A DNA stretch of 64,000 nt, from positions 166 to 64,165 of the forward strand of contig JARRMW010000016.1 of the NCBI GenBank assembly GCA_037385685.1. Reading direction: 5' to 3'. The position numbers and the translations under genes are program-made. Source of the stretch: Gammaproteobacteria bacterium (GTDB lineage: Bacteria; Pseudomonadota; Gammaproteobacteria; Chromatiales; Chromatiaceae). Under the pieces are notes generated by a model that saw nothing but the letters and a program-made list of their open reading frames with translations, had not been told where the DNA came from and did not search any database. Shown here one piece after another: positions 20,277-29,285 of this stretch (positions are counted from its first letter, which is position 1; each line of letters opens with the position of its first letter).

Positions 20277-22754
20277 TCAGGCTTTCTGTAACCGCAGCGC
20301 ATTGACCACGACCACCAGCGAACTCAGTGACATGCCAATCGCAGCGCCCCAGGGCGGGATCAGGCCGGCTGCGGCAAACGGAATTGCAAGAAGGTTATAG
20401 CCCGCGGCCCAGCCGAAATTCTGCATGATGTTGCGACGCGTCCTGCGTGCAAGCCTGCGGGCATCAGCGAGCACGGATGGATTTTCCCCGAGGATGAGGA
20501 AATCACTGCTGTTGTTGGCAAGGTCCGTGGCATCGGCAAAGGAGACAGAGACGTCGGCCAGCGCCAGTGTAGGCGCGTCGTTGATGCCATCGCCGAACAT
20601 GGCGACCTTGTTGCCCGTTGCCTGGTGCTCTTTCGTCCACTGGAATTTATCGGCCGGAGACATGCCGCCCAGGGCCTCGTCGATACCCAGTCTGTCGCCC
20701 ATGCGCGACACATTTGCGCGGGAGTCGCCACTGAGAATTGTAAAGCTGTCGGCATCGAGTTCTGTTAGACCGGCAAGCATCTCCTCGACACCGGGACGCA
20801 GCTGATCGTTCAGCGCAAATATCGCCTGTACGCCCTCGCTGTTGGCCAGTAACGAGACAATATGGCCGTCTGATTGCAGGTGGCTGACCTGTTCATCGAG
20901 ATCCGTTTCGCTGCTGCCAGGCTCGATGGCGAATTCTGCCTTGCCAAGCCGCCATTCGCTGCCGTCGATGAATCCCCGGGTTCCAGCTCCGGGAACATTC
21001 ATGCGTGAGTCGACAGTCGAAAGGCCACCACTCTCCGACTGCAAGGCCCTGGCGACAGGATGTTCGGAATCGGCTGCCAGTGCAGCGGCGATTGACCGTG
21101 CCTGTTTTGCGGAAAGCTGGCCGGTTGCGATGACCTCGGCAAGTGCCGGCTTTCCGGCCGTCAGGGTGCCTGTCTTGTCAAAGACAAAATGCCGCGCAAG
21201 CGCCAGTGAATCAAGTGCTTTCATGCGCAGTGGCAAGACCCCCAGGTCGATGAAGCGCCCGGCACTCACAGAGAGCGCCATGGGCGTCGCCAGTGCCAGC
21301 GCACAGGGGCAGGTAACGATAAGCACTGCGATGGTGCTCGGCAGTGCTTGTGACGGATCATTGAACCACCAGTAGAGCGCCGTGCTGCCCGCGATCAGCA
21401 GGATCACAGCGATGAACACAGTTGCTGCCCGCTCCGCAAGAAGCGCATAGCGTGGTCGTTGCTCGAGACCACCCTCGACAAGATGCCGGATCTCGCTGAC
21501 CGCCGAGGCCTGTACAGTGTGAGTAACACGGATATCGACCGATTGCTCGCCATTGACCGAACCGGCCACGACCCTGTCACCGGGCTCACGCAGCTGCGGC
21601 ATTGACTCACCGGTCAGCAGGGATTCATCGAAACTGCTGATTCCCTCGAGAACCACACCGTCCACAGCCAGGGTCTCTCCCGGCTTGAGGCGGATCATGT
21701 CACCCGGTGCCAGTTCATCGACGGTCACCTTGTGTCGCTCACCCTGCGCATCGATGCGCAAGGCTGTTCGCGGTGTGACGCGAGCAAGCTCCTCGAGCCG
21801 GCCTGCAGCACGCAATTTGCCACGCAGTTCGAGCCTTCGGGCCATGAGCAGGAAAAAGACGAACATCGCGATGGAATCGAAATAGACCTCGCCATGTTCG
21901 GTGATGGTGGTGTAGAGGCTGCCGAACCAGGCAACCATGAGTCCGAGCACGACCGGGATGTCCATGCCGAGTCGCCTGTTCCTGATGTCTTGCCAGGCAC
22001 CGGCAAAAAAATCCTGTGCCGAATAGGCGAGGATCATCGCCGTGAGCCCGAGACCGGTCCAGCGACCGATCGTAATCCACAGCGGGAGGCCGCCTTCGCC
22101 TTCCGGGGTCATGACATAGGTCGCAAGCGAGAAATTCATGACCAGCATGCCGATCGCGCCCGAAAAGATGAGACGCTCGGTACTGCGCCGCCTGCGCTGC
22201 GCCTGCAATGCCTGGCTGCGCGAGGCATCGTAGGGATGCGCGACGTAACCAATATCTGCGATCGCCGTCAGGATCTCGCTGAGCCTGATCCTGTCGGGAT
22301 TCCAGCGTACACGCGCACGCTGTGTGACATCATCAATATGCACATCGATGACACCATCAAGGCTGCGCAAGTGTTTTTCGTTGAGCCAGAGGCAGGCAGG
22401 GCAGCGAATATTCTCCAGCAGCAGGTAGGCCTCTCGCCAGTTATCGCCCTCCATGACGAAATCCTTCTGGATCTCCGGCCTGTCATAGAGTCCGACCTGT
22501 TTGAGGAAATCCGGGACGATATCGACATCGGCTGTCGCCGCCTTTTCGGAACGGTGTTTGTAGTAATCCTCCAGGCCGGCGTCGACGATCGCCTTGCTGA
22601 CAGCCTCGCAACCATGACAGCAGAAATGACGGTCCTCACCGAATACTTCGAGTGTCGGAATCTCCTCGACATCCGGCACGGGAAGGCCGCAATGGAAACA
22701 CTTCTCCTCCGCTGCTGCCTTTGCCTGATCGAGTGATTCAGCTGCGACGTTCAT
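20277..22754 (-). CDS. ccoI: Heavy-metal (copper) translocating P1B-type ATPase of the CcoI/FixI type
   Basis: 825 aa. FixI-type N-terminus CFHCGLPV...FCCHGCEAV...YYKHRS. CPC motif VTCPCALALATP. FDKTGTLT and GDGINDAP motifs. Confidence 0.85.
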   Translation of the reverse strand: MNVAAESLDQAKAAAEEKCFHCGLPVPDVEEIPTLEVFGEDRHFCCHGCEAVSKAIVDAGLEDYYKHRSEKAATADVDIVPDFLKQVGLYDRPEIQKDFVMEGDNWREAYLLLENIRCPACLWLNEKHLRSLDGVIDVHIDDVTQRARVRWNPDRIRLSEILTAIADIGYVAHPYDASRSQALQAQRRRRSTERLIFSGAIGMLVMNFSLATYVMTPEGEGGLPLWITIGRWTGLGLTAMILAYSAQDFFAGAWQDIRNRRLGMDIPVVLGLMVAWFGSLYTTITEHGEVYFDSIAMFVFFLLMARRLELRGKLRAAGRLEELARVTPRTALRIDAQGERHKVTVDELAPGDMIRLKPGETLAVDGVVLEGISSFDESLLTGESMPQLREPGDRVVAGSVNGEQSVDIRVTHTVQASAVSEIRHLVEGGLEQRPRYALLAERAATVFIAVILLIAGSTALYWWFNDPSQALPSTIAVLIVTCPCALALATPMALSVSAGRFIDLGVLPLRMKALDSLALARHFVFDKTGTLTAGKPALAEVIATGQLSAKQARSIAAALAADSEHPVARALQSESGGLSTVDSRMNVPGAGTRGFIDGSEWRLGKAEFAIEPGSSETDLDEQVSHLQSDGHIVSLLANSEGVQAIFALNDQLRPGVEEMLAGLTELDADSFTILSGDSRANVSRMGDRLGIDEALGGMSPADKFQWTKEHQATGNKVAMFGDGINDAPTLALADVSVSFADATDLANNSSDFLILGENPSVLADARRLARRTRRNIMQNFGWAAGYNLLAIPFAAAGLIPPWGAAIGMSLSSLVVVVNALRLQKA

Positions 22755-22859
22755 ACGGACATTATCTCAGATACCCCCTGGAAACTGCCTTTTATATCGG
22801 GATGGATTCTGGAAATACTTTTGTCGCCGGAATGGATAAGTCTCAACCCGGCGTGAATG

Positions 22860-22884
22860 AAAAAGACCCCGACAGGGCGGGGTC
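22860..22884 (-). terminator. Rho-independent terminator after the oxidase/cytochrome c operon
   Basis: Minus strand reads GACCCCGcccuguCGGGGUC followed by UUUUU, about 35 nt after the cytochrome c stop. Confidence 0.6.
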
Positions 22885-22919
22885 ATTCAACAGTTGTTCG
22901 AAGTTGCGGGAGAGCCCGG

Positions 22920-23588
22920 TTACTCCTCCGGCGGTTCCGGAATAGCGAAATAGTCGGCAAGCGCCTCGATCTCCTCCTCGGTCAGCGCTTGCGCGACAAC
23001 ACGCATCCTGGAATAGACATCGTTCTCGCGATCTCCCTCCCTGAACTCGGTCATGGTGGTGACGAAATACTCACGGTATTGACCGTTGATGCGCGGATGA
23101 TCGAACATGCCGCCATTGCCGTCCCTGCCATGGCAGGCCGCACAGGCCTTGAGAAGGCGCTCCGGATCGCCCTTGTAGACGAGTTCATAGATCTCCTCTG
23201 ACAGCTCCTTTTTAGGCCCGGGATCCGCCGGCTTCTGACTGCTAAACCAGACAGCGAGATCAGCCATTTGCTGGTCATCAAAATCCCGCACCGCCTTGTA
23301 CATGGTACGGCTGTCACGGTTCTTGTCCTGGTAGTCCTTGAGCTGCTTGTAGGAATACGAAGGCATCAGGCCGGCGATGTTGACGTCCTCCGGGTCATCG
23401 GAGATACCGGCATCGCCATGGCACTTGGCGCACTTCTCTTCCTCGGCAATCTGCTGGCCTCGTGCCGGATCGGCGTTCCGCAGAAGCTTCAGGGTGTCGA
23501 GGTCAAACGCAACCAGCGAAGAAGGCTCAGCATGGGCAACAGAAACCGACAGAGCCATGGCTGTGATCAGTGTTGTCAATCGAATCAT
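22920..23588 (-). CDS. Diheme c-type cytochrome (cytochrome c4-like), periplasmic
   Basis: Signal peptide MIRLTTLITAMALSVSVAHA. Two heme motifs, CAKCH and CAACH. The start lies 2 nt after the subunit I stop. Confidence 0.8.
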   Translation of the reverse strand: MIRLTTLITAMALSVSVAHAEPSSLVAFDLDTLKLLRNADPARGQQIAEEEKCAKCHGDAGISDDPEDVNIAGLMPSYSYKQLKDYQDKNRDSRTMYKAVRDFDDQQMADLAVWFSSQKPADPGPKKELSEEIYELVYKGDPERLLKACAACHGRDGNGGMFDHPRINGQYREYFVTTMTEFREGDRENDVYSRMRVVAQALTEEEIEALADYFAIPEPPEE

Positions 23589-23590
23589 GG

Positions 23591-25213
23591 TCAGATACTC
23601 CAGGGTACTGTGCCGAAGGACTGGTCAAACAGGAAGAACTGCAGGATCGGGTAGCCATAACTCGCGATCATGTAGACCACCACCAGCCAGAACCAGAAGG
23701 TGAAACTGTTCATGAGATGTGGCATGCGCGCAGTGGAGTGAACCGGTTGCGCATACTCGACCTCCAGGACCGACTCGGGAATGGTGTTTCCATGCGTCCT
23801 GAACAGGTTGATCACCAGCATCAATGCAGAAATGAAGAGGATGACGCCACCGACGATCATCAGGAACTCGGATATTCCCCACATCTGGGTCAGTTCCGGA
23901 TCATAGGGCGTCGAGGAGATACGGCGTGGCTGCCCCGTAAGACCAATCTGGTGCCACGGCAGGGTCAGTACGATCATGCCGATGAACCAGAGCCACAGTT
24001 GCTTGCGTGCAAGGCTGACCGAGAACAGCTCCTTGCCGGTCATCTTGGGCCAGAGATAGTAGGCGATGGCAAAGTACATCATGACCGTGGTACCACCAAA
24101 GATCAGGTGGAAGTGGCCGGTGACCCACTGGGTATTGTGCACCATGGCATTCATGGAGTAGCTGGCGTTGACGACACCCCCGAAACCGCCGACGGTCAGC
24201 AAGAGCATTGCGAGGCCAGTGGCCAAGACCATCGGGTTGTCCCACGGCAGTGTCTTCAGCCAGCCGAAAAGCCCCTTGCCACCACGCAGGCGTCCTGCGA
24301 TTTCCATCGAGGCGATAACCGTGAAACCGGTAATCAGTGTCGGGACGGCGACCATGAAGGTTCCTGTCATGTGCAGGAATTTCCAGCCTGCCGCCTGGAA
24401 CGGGTCCATGTAGAGGTGATGGAAACCGATTGGCACCGAGAAGACCAGCAGCATGATGAACGCGAGGCGCGCCATGTGATCGCTCGCGAGACGCCCGCCA
24501 GCCTGCTTCGGCATCAGGGTGTAGAAAGCGATGTACGCCGGGAAGAGCCAGAAATAGACGATAGCGTGCAGCGTCCAGGAAAACAGCGTGCGCGCCAGGC
24601 CGACATCGACCGTGTCGGAAATGCCCAGAGACCAGGGGATCAGCTGGAACAATACCTCGAGCGTGACGCCCAGGCTCGTGATGAACCACATGATGGCGTT
24701 GGCGACCGTGCCGTACATGGCTAGCGGAACCGTCTCGCCCGGATTTTCCTTCTTCCAGACATGCATGGACATGACCATGACCAGACACCAGAACCAGGAA
24801 CCGACAACCAGCATGGCGGCACCGATGTAGAAGGCCGGATTCGCACGCAGTGGCGGGTAGAAGGTATAGAGCACGGAGGCATTGCCGGTCAGCAGTGGCA
24901 CTGCTGCAATCAGTACGCCGGCCAGTGCCAGCCAGAAACCGATCCAGCCGAGACTCTTGCCCCACAGCTCGCGTTTCAGGCTGGTGGTTGCAGTGTAGTA
25001 ACCGTAACCCATGACAAGAAAGGTGGTGAGGACAAAGCCCATGAGTACGCCGTGTGTCGAGACCGAGGCAAAGTAGACTTCGGGAATCATGATCTCGGGA
25101 ATCAGGTCAATACGCTGGACGACCTGGTAGAGCCCCATGAGGACCGCTGCCAGGAAAGCGATAAAACCGACCCACATGCTGGCCAGGCTCAAACCTGCTG
25201 CATTATCTTTCAT
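23591..25213 (-). CDS. cbaA: Heme-copper oxidase subunit I, B-family (ba3-type)
   Basis: Start MKDNAAGLSL overlaps the subunit II stop (ATGA). WTLHAIVYFWLFPAYIAFY (CuB His / cross-link Tyr region), GFHHLYMD and TGHFHLIFGG resemble Thermus ba3 subunit I. Confidence 0.8.
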   Translation of the reverse strand: MKDNAAGLSLASMWVGFIAFLAAVLMGLYQVVQRIDLIPEIMIPEVYFASVSTHGVLMGFVLTTFLVMGYGYYTATTSLKRELWGKSLGWIGFWLALAGVLIAAVPLLTGNASVLYTFYPPLRANPAFYIGAAMLVVGSWFWCLVMVMSMHVWKKENPGETVPLAMYGTVANAIMWFITSLGVTLEVLFQLIPWSLGISDTVDVGLARTLFSWTLHAIVYFWLFPAYIAFYTLMPKQAGGRLASDHMARLAFIMLLVFSVPIGFHHLYMDPFQAAGWKFLHMTGTFMVAVPTLITGFTVIASMEIAGRLRGGKGLFGWLKTLPWDNPMVLATGLAMLLLTVGGFGGVVNASYSMNAMVHNTQWVTGHFHLIFGGTTVMMYFAIAYYLWPKMTGKELFSVSLARKQLWLWFIGMIVLTLPWHQIGLTGQPRRISSTPYDPELTQMWGISEFLMIVGGVILFISALMLVINLFRTHGNTIPESVLEVEYAQPVHSTARMPHLMNSFTFWFWLVVVYMIASYGYPILQFFLFDQSFGTVPWSI

Positions 25214-25731
25214 CAGTTGGTCCCTCCTGCGGTTTTCGCGACAACATTCAGGCGCGACCACATGCTGTCATGACCCAACCCGCAGTATTCGTTACAGAGA
25301 AAGGAAAACTTGCCGGTTTTCGGGAAAGTGGTCGTGAACTCGGAGACGTAGCCGGGCACGATCATGGATGCCGCGTTGGTGTAGGGCACATGCACCCCGT
25401 GCAGCACATCGGCGCTTGCAATACGGAATTTGACCTGCGTATCGACGGGCACTTCGATGACCGGCGGGAAAAAGCCGTAACGCGCCGCGACCATGGTGAC
25501 TGTCAAAGTACCGTCACCATTGTCCTTGACGCCGAGATTATCCTCTGCAAACTCCTCGGTCAGGTGCAGACGCGAGGAATCGATGGTTTCGACATTGCTC
25601 GGCGGATGCATGTTGTTGGTGAGTGCATAGAGTCCGAGAATGCCGCCCATGACGAACGCCAGCAAGAGTGAAATCCAGACCCAGCGTCTCTCGAGAGGGT
25701 CTTCACAAATAGCAATTAATGGATCACGCAT
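25213..25731 (-). CDS. cbaB: Cytochrome c oxidase subunit II, ba3-type (CuA domain, no fused heme c)
   Basis: 172 aa with one N-terminal TM. CuA ligands VLHGVHV...FLCNEYCGLGHDSM. Confidence 0.85.
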   Translation of the reverse strand: MRDPLIAICEDPLERRWVWISLLLAFVMGGILGLYALTNNMHPPSNVETIDSSRLHLTEEFAEDNLGVKDNGDGTLTVTMVAARYGFFPPVIEVPVDTQVKFRIASADVLHGVHVPYTNAASMIVPGYVSEFTTTFPKTGKFSFLCNEYCGLGHDSMWSRLNVVAKTAGGTN

Positions 25732-25742
25732 TTTCTAATTCC

Positions 25743-25895
25743 TCACTGGATCGGACCATGGGACATGAACCTGACGAAGAACAGGAATGCCCAGGCAGCT
25801 GCGAAAAGTGCGGCAAAAACGAGAAGCAGCGCAAAGGTCCCTTTGGGGAGGCTGTGCAGGATTTTCTCTTCTTCTTCGGGTGTCAGCTGATTCAT
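25743..25895 (-). CDS. Small single-TM oxidase subunit IIa-like protein
   Basis: Start MNQLTPEEEEKILHSLPKGTFALLLVFAALFAAAWAFLFFVRF with a GAGGAAGG RBS. The KG-plus-TM layout resembles Thermus subunit IIa. Lies directly upstream of subunit II. Confidence 0.6.
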   Translation of the reverse strand: MNQLTPEEEEKILHSLPKGTFALLLVFAALFAAAWAFLFFVRFMSHGPIQ

Positions 25896-26340
25896 TTCTA
25901 CCTTCCTCGATAACGTCACATGATGACACGGGATGCATGCGGACTCGCACATCGCTCGTCGCAAACATCAGATATAGATGGAAACAGGCAGGAGAAACCG
26001 GGCACAAGAAAAGGAACAAGCTTCAGCTGAAACGGTTTGCATTCAGGAAGCCTGACTGTACTGGTTGATGCAGGTGTTACCCTGCGGTTCCCTCGGTCCT
26101 GTTATTGTCATTGCTCTTTTTGTTGTTTTTATTTTTGGTAACTATATCCACTGGTTAACACCCGAGGCAACAAGAAAATTGCACCCGGAACGGACGCAGA
26201 GAGGCACAAATTCTGTTTTGCCGGGACCAGGGCAATGACAGTTCGCAGCATGGCTGTCCGGGACAAACGGCGTTGTCTGTTAATGATTGTTTGCCGGACA
26301 CATAATGCTCAGGAACATATCCGAAAGAAGCGTGATAAGG

Positions 26341-26361
26341 GCGAGGGGCACAGCCCCTCGC
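26341..26361 (-). terminator. GC-rich hairpin downstream of the VIT-vWA gene
   Basis: GCGAGGGGC-aca-GCCCCTCGC, 24 nt after the stop. The T-tract is weak. Confidence 0.45.
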
Positions 26362-26384
26362 GTTCATCGCCGGTCAATCAGGAC

Positions 26385-28454
26385 TCAACCGTTTCTTGCC
26401 CTCCTTTGCCTTGCATGGAGAAGCAGCAGGATGGCTGCGAGAAAAATGATCTCGATGCCCATTGCGCCCCCGCCGTGAGACGCACCTCCTCCATGAGACG
26501 CGCGCGGCGTTGAAGAGATCGGCGCATGTGCATCCACGCGCCGGTTCTGCACCGGCGCTGACGCGCGCTGCGAAGCGGCTGCCTGCTCCATCTGGCGGCG
26601 GTCACGGTTGCGACGCTCGATACCACGCGCCGCGAACTGCTCCTCGCGCATGACAACCATCGAGGTGTGATCAGTCACCAGACCATGCTCGACAGCAAGT
26701 CCGACAATGGCATCGCGTGAATCGTCATCAGCGCCAAGGTAGTCGATACGGTCCTGCAACTCGCGGATTTTCGCGTATGCCCACAGACGCTCGATTTCAG
26801 GATTGCTTGTCTCCACCGCCGGGAAGGGGAAGCTGGTTGTATAGCGCTTCTCCTGCCCTGAGATCTTGCCGGCCAGGGAGAGGTCTGCCGTGCCATCGCC
26901 AAAGTAATGACCGAGCACCACGAGTTGCCCACCACGATAGAGCGATCGCGGCGTTGCCGGTGTGAGGTCCGCAACCTTGATGCCACGAATTTGCAGGGCA
27001 AGATCGTGCAGTGCCTCGTGAGAGACCTTGCTCGTAAACTCCATGAGCTTGCCGTCGATATCGTCGCTGTTGGAGACGCTCACGGCCAAACCGTTCGAGA
27101 CCTGCGCCATCGCCTCGAGCAGCGGACGGTTGCTGCCGTTGCCCATGACAGCCGTGAAAAGACGTACGTCATGCTGTTTCATGAGATCGATGAACTCGCG
27201 CTTTTCAGTCACCCCGACATTGGCTTCGCCGTCCGTGACCAGCACGATGGCACTGGTCCTGTCGGCATCGAGGCTGTCGAGCCCTCTGTTCAGGCCGGCA
27301 AAAAGATTGGTGCCCCCGTCTACAGATGAGACCGCAAGCCTCTCGCTCCACCGGGTAATAGCTTCCGGCGTGACACTGATCCAGCCCGGGGTCAGCTCGC
27401 TTGCGCTGTTATTGAAACGGATGAAGCGAAACCGGTCTTTGGTGCCGAGCTTGCCAAGCGCACGCTGCACGCCATCGACGAGTGTCTGGTACTTGCCCCG
27501 CATGGATCCGGACATGTCGAGCACGAAGACCCAGTCACGCCCCTCCGCGATTGGCGCAAGATCATCACCGGGCGTCAGGGTCAGCATGAAAGTGCCACGC
27601 TCTTTACCGGGCTCACGATAGCTGACGAGATCGACCGAACCTGGCAGCCCCTCCTTCAATCGCCAGTAGACGACGATGTCACGGTCGAGACGCATCGGCT
27701 GCTTCTCCTGCCCCTGTCCGGAGAGGGGGTCCTCTCCAACGACTCCGCCCCCTGACTGCGCAATCTCGGCCTGCCACTCCTTTTCATCCTGACTCGAAAT
27801 CACAGCCTGCGGATGCTCAGGAAGACGCAGTGCCGTGACGGGATAGCCCGAACGCAGCGTCAGACTGAACGAGAAATCCTCCTCTACAACGGGATCGTTG
27901 TTCCAGAAGGCAAGCGCCCTGTCATCCGTCTCGCCATCCTCGAGGGGATAGACATAACGGCCGATACCGGTGTCGATATGCGCAGGCTGCATGTAGACGA
28001 GACGGATACGCGTCTCGCTGCTGGCGCGCACCGGCGAGACCGAAACCTCGAAGCGGTAGTGCTGCTGCTTCTCGGTGATGCCCGCCTCGCGGCCCGCGGA
28101 CTTCTCCTCCTCGTAGAGTCGGCGCGCCTCCTGGCGTTCGAAGACTTCCCCGGTAACGGGTTGACCATCGATCCAGATCGTGAACTCGGAAACCGCTCCC
28201 TTTTCGGGTACCGGAAAGGCATACACAGCTTCCAGGTCAGTCGGGTTGGGATTACTGAAGACCTGATCGACTTGGGTGATGGCATAACCGTCCTCGATGG
28301 TCACCTCGACATGATGCGAACGAATCTCCGGTGCTGCCATGGAGCTGTCTTTCGGCGTCAGCAGTCCGGCCGCCAGTGCGCTCGTTGCGCTAACGACCAG
28401 CAGAAACAGTGTGGCCATCGCTGTTGCGGTGAGCCGTTTGAGCAATGTTTTCAT
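26385..28454 (-). CDS. Secreted VIT + von Willebrand factor A domain protein with GlyGly-CTERM-like sorting tail
   Basis: 689 aa with a signal peptide. VIT-like N-domain (VEVTIEDGYAITQVDQVF...AVYAFPVPEKGAVSEF). vWA MIDAS motif VFVLDMSGSM and LVTDGEANVG. C-terminus is SHGGGASHGGGAMGIEIIFLAAILLLLHARQRRARNG. Confidence 0.8.
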   Translation of the reverse strand: MKTLLKRLTATAMATLFLLVVSATSALAAGLLTPKDSSMAAPEIRSHHVEVTIEDGYAITQVDQVFSNPNPTDLEAVYAFPVPEKGAVSEFTIWIDGQPVTGEVFERQEARRLYEEEKSAGREAGITEKQQHYRFEVSVSPVRASSETRIRLVYMQPAHIDTGIGRYVYPLEDGETDDRALAFWNNDPVVEEDFSFSLTLRSGYPVTALRLPEHPQAVISSQDEKEWQAEIAQSGGGVVGEDPLSGQGQEKQPMRLDRDIVVYWRLKEGLPGSVDLVSYREPGKERGTFMLTLTPGDDLAPIAEGRDWVFVLDMSGSMRGKYQTLVDGVQRALGKLGTKDRFRFIRFNNSASELTPGWISVTPEAITRWSERLAVSSVDGGTNLFAGLNRGLDSLDADRTSAIVLVTDGEANVGVTEKREFIDLMKQHDVRLFTAVMGNGSNRPLLEAMAQVSNGLAVSVSNSDDIDGKLMEFTSKVSHEALHDLALQIRGIKVADLTPATPRSLYRGGQLVVLGHYFGDGTADLSLAGKISGQEKRYTTSFPFPAVETSNPEIERLWAYAKIRELQDRIDYLGADDDSRDAIVGLAVEHGLVTDHTSMVVMREEQFAARGIERRNRDRRQMEQAAASQRASAPVQNRRVDAHAPISSTPRASHGGGASHGGGAMGIEIIFLAAILLLLHARQRRARNG

Positions 28455-28591
28455 GGTTGATCTCCTGAATGGAAAACCCTTTCGAACCCGGCGGGTTCAC
28501 TCTCAGGATTAACCAGAAGACCGATATGCGCTACACATTCTCAATTTGTGCCACAATATCGAACAAGGAGTATCAAATAACGAGACTTTTT

Positions 28592-29268
28592 ATGGCTTTT
28601 GCACAGGAACTCATCGACACGCTGAAACGGGAACTGCGCACCCGACGCGTCACTTACGCCGAGATTGCCCGGGAATTGCAGTTATCCGAATCGAGCATCA
28701 AGCGCCTTTTCAGCGAGGGGGACATGAGCCTGAGCCGACTCGAAACCATCTGTGCGTTGGTCGAGCTCGATATCGCACAGCTTGCGACCAGGACGACCGA
28801 GCAGCGTCGTCACGTTCATACCCTGACGCGCGAGCAGGAAGAGACACTCGTCGGTGACGAGAAACTGCTGCTGCTGACCCGCACCAGGGACAGCGCATGC
28901 TCGTGCAGCTCGACCGCATGCAGATCATCGAACTGCTGCCCGAAAACCGTGTACGCATCCGGCTCTCCCCGGATTTCCAGTGGCTGCCGGACGGCCCGAT
29001 CCAGCACTTCTTCGAACGCGAGGTACAGAGCGACTTTTTCAGCTCGAATTTCACGGGCGACGGGGAACTGAGGCTCGTCATGAATGGCTGGATGTCGCTG
29101 CACGGCATCCGCGCCTTTCACGAGAACATGCGACGGCTGGCGAAGGAGTTCGACTTGCAGATCAAGAGCGACCGTCACGTACCGGTCGAGGAGCGCCGTG
29201 GCACCACCATGGTCGTGGCAGTCCGCCCCTGGTCACTCGAGATGTTCGAAAAGCATGTCCGAAAGTGA
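28592..29268 (+). pseudogene. XRE-type HTH transcriptional regulator split across two reading frames (frameshift or small deletion near 28870-28900)
   Basis: Frame A gives MAFAQELIDTLKRELRTRRVTYAEIARELQLSESSIKRLF...EKLLLLT, then nonsense to 29071. Frame B (28897..29268) gives LVQLDRMQIIELLPENRVRIRLSPDFQWLPDGPIQHFF...RRGTTMVVAVRPW, which reads like the C-terminal domain of the same family. Confidence 0.6.
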
Positions 29269-29285
29269 ACGCTCAGGATCAGGTA

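Noticed and set aside
21732-22736. 334-aa plus-strand ORF
   Set aside because: Antisense to the P-type ATPase, whose motifs (CPC, DKTGT, GDGINDAP) establish the real frame.
23570-24965. 384-aa plus-strand ORF (23570..24724) and 354-aa minus-strand alternate-frame ORF (23901..24965)
   Set aside because: Both overlap oxidase subunit I, which has diagnostic His ligand motifs. The alternatives are Arg/Gly/His-rich with no motifs.
26050-26080. Possible FNR/ANR box (TTGATGCAGGTGTT) upstream of the oxidase operon
   Set aside because: Only one half-site matches TTGAT-N4-ATCAA, which is not distinguishable from chance.
26385-26500. Considered calling the VIT-vWA protein a sortase (LPXTG) target
   Set aside because: There is no LPXTG-like motif in the last 60 residues and no sortase gene nearby. 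The tail fits a Gly-run plus TM plus basic pattern instead.
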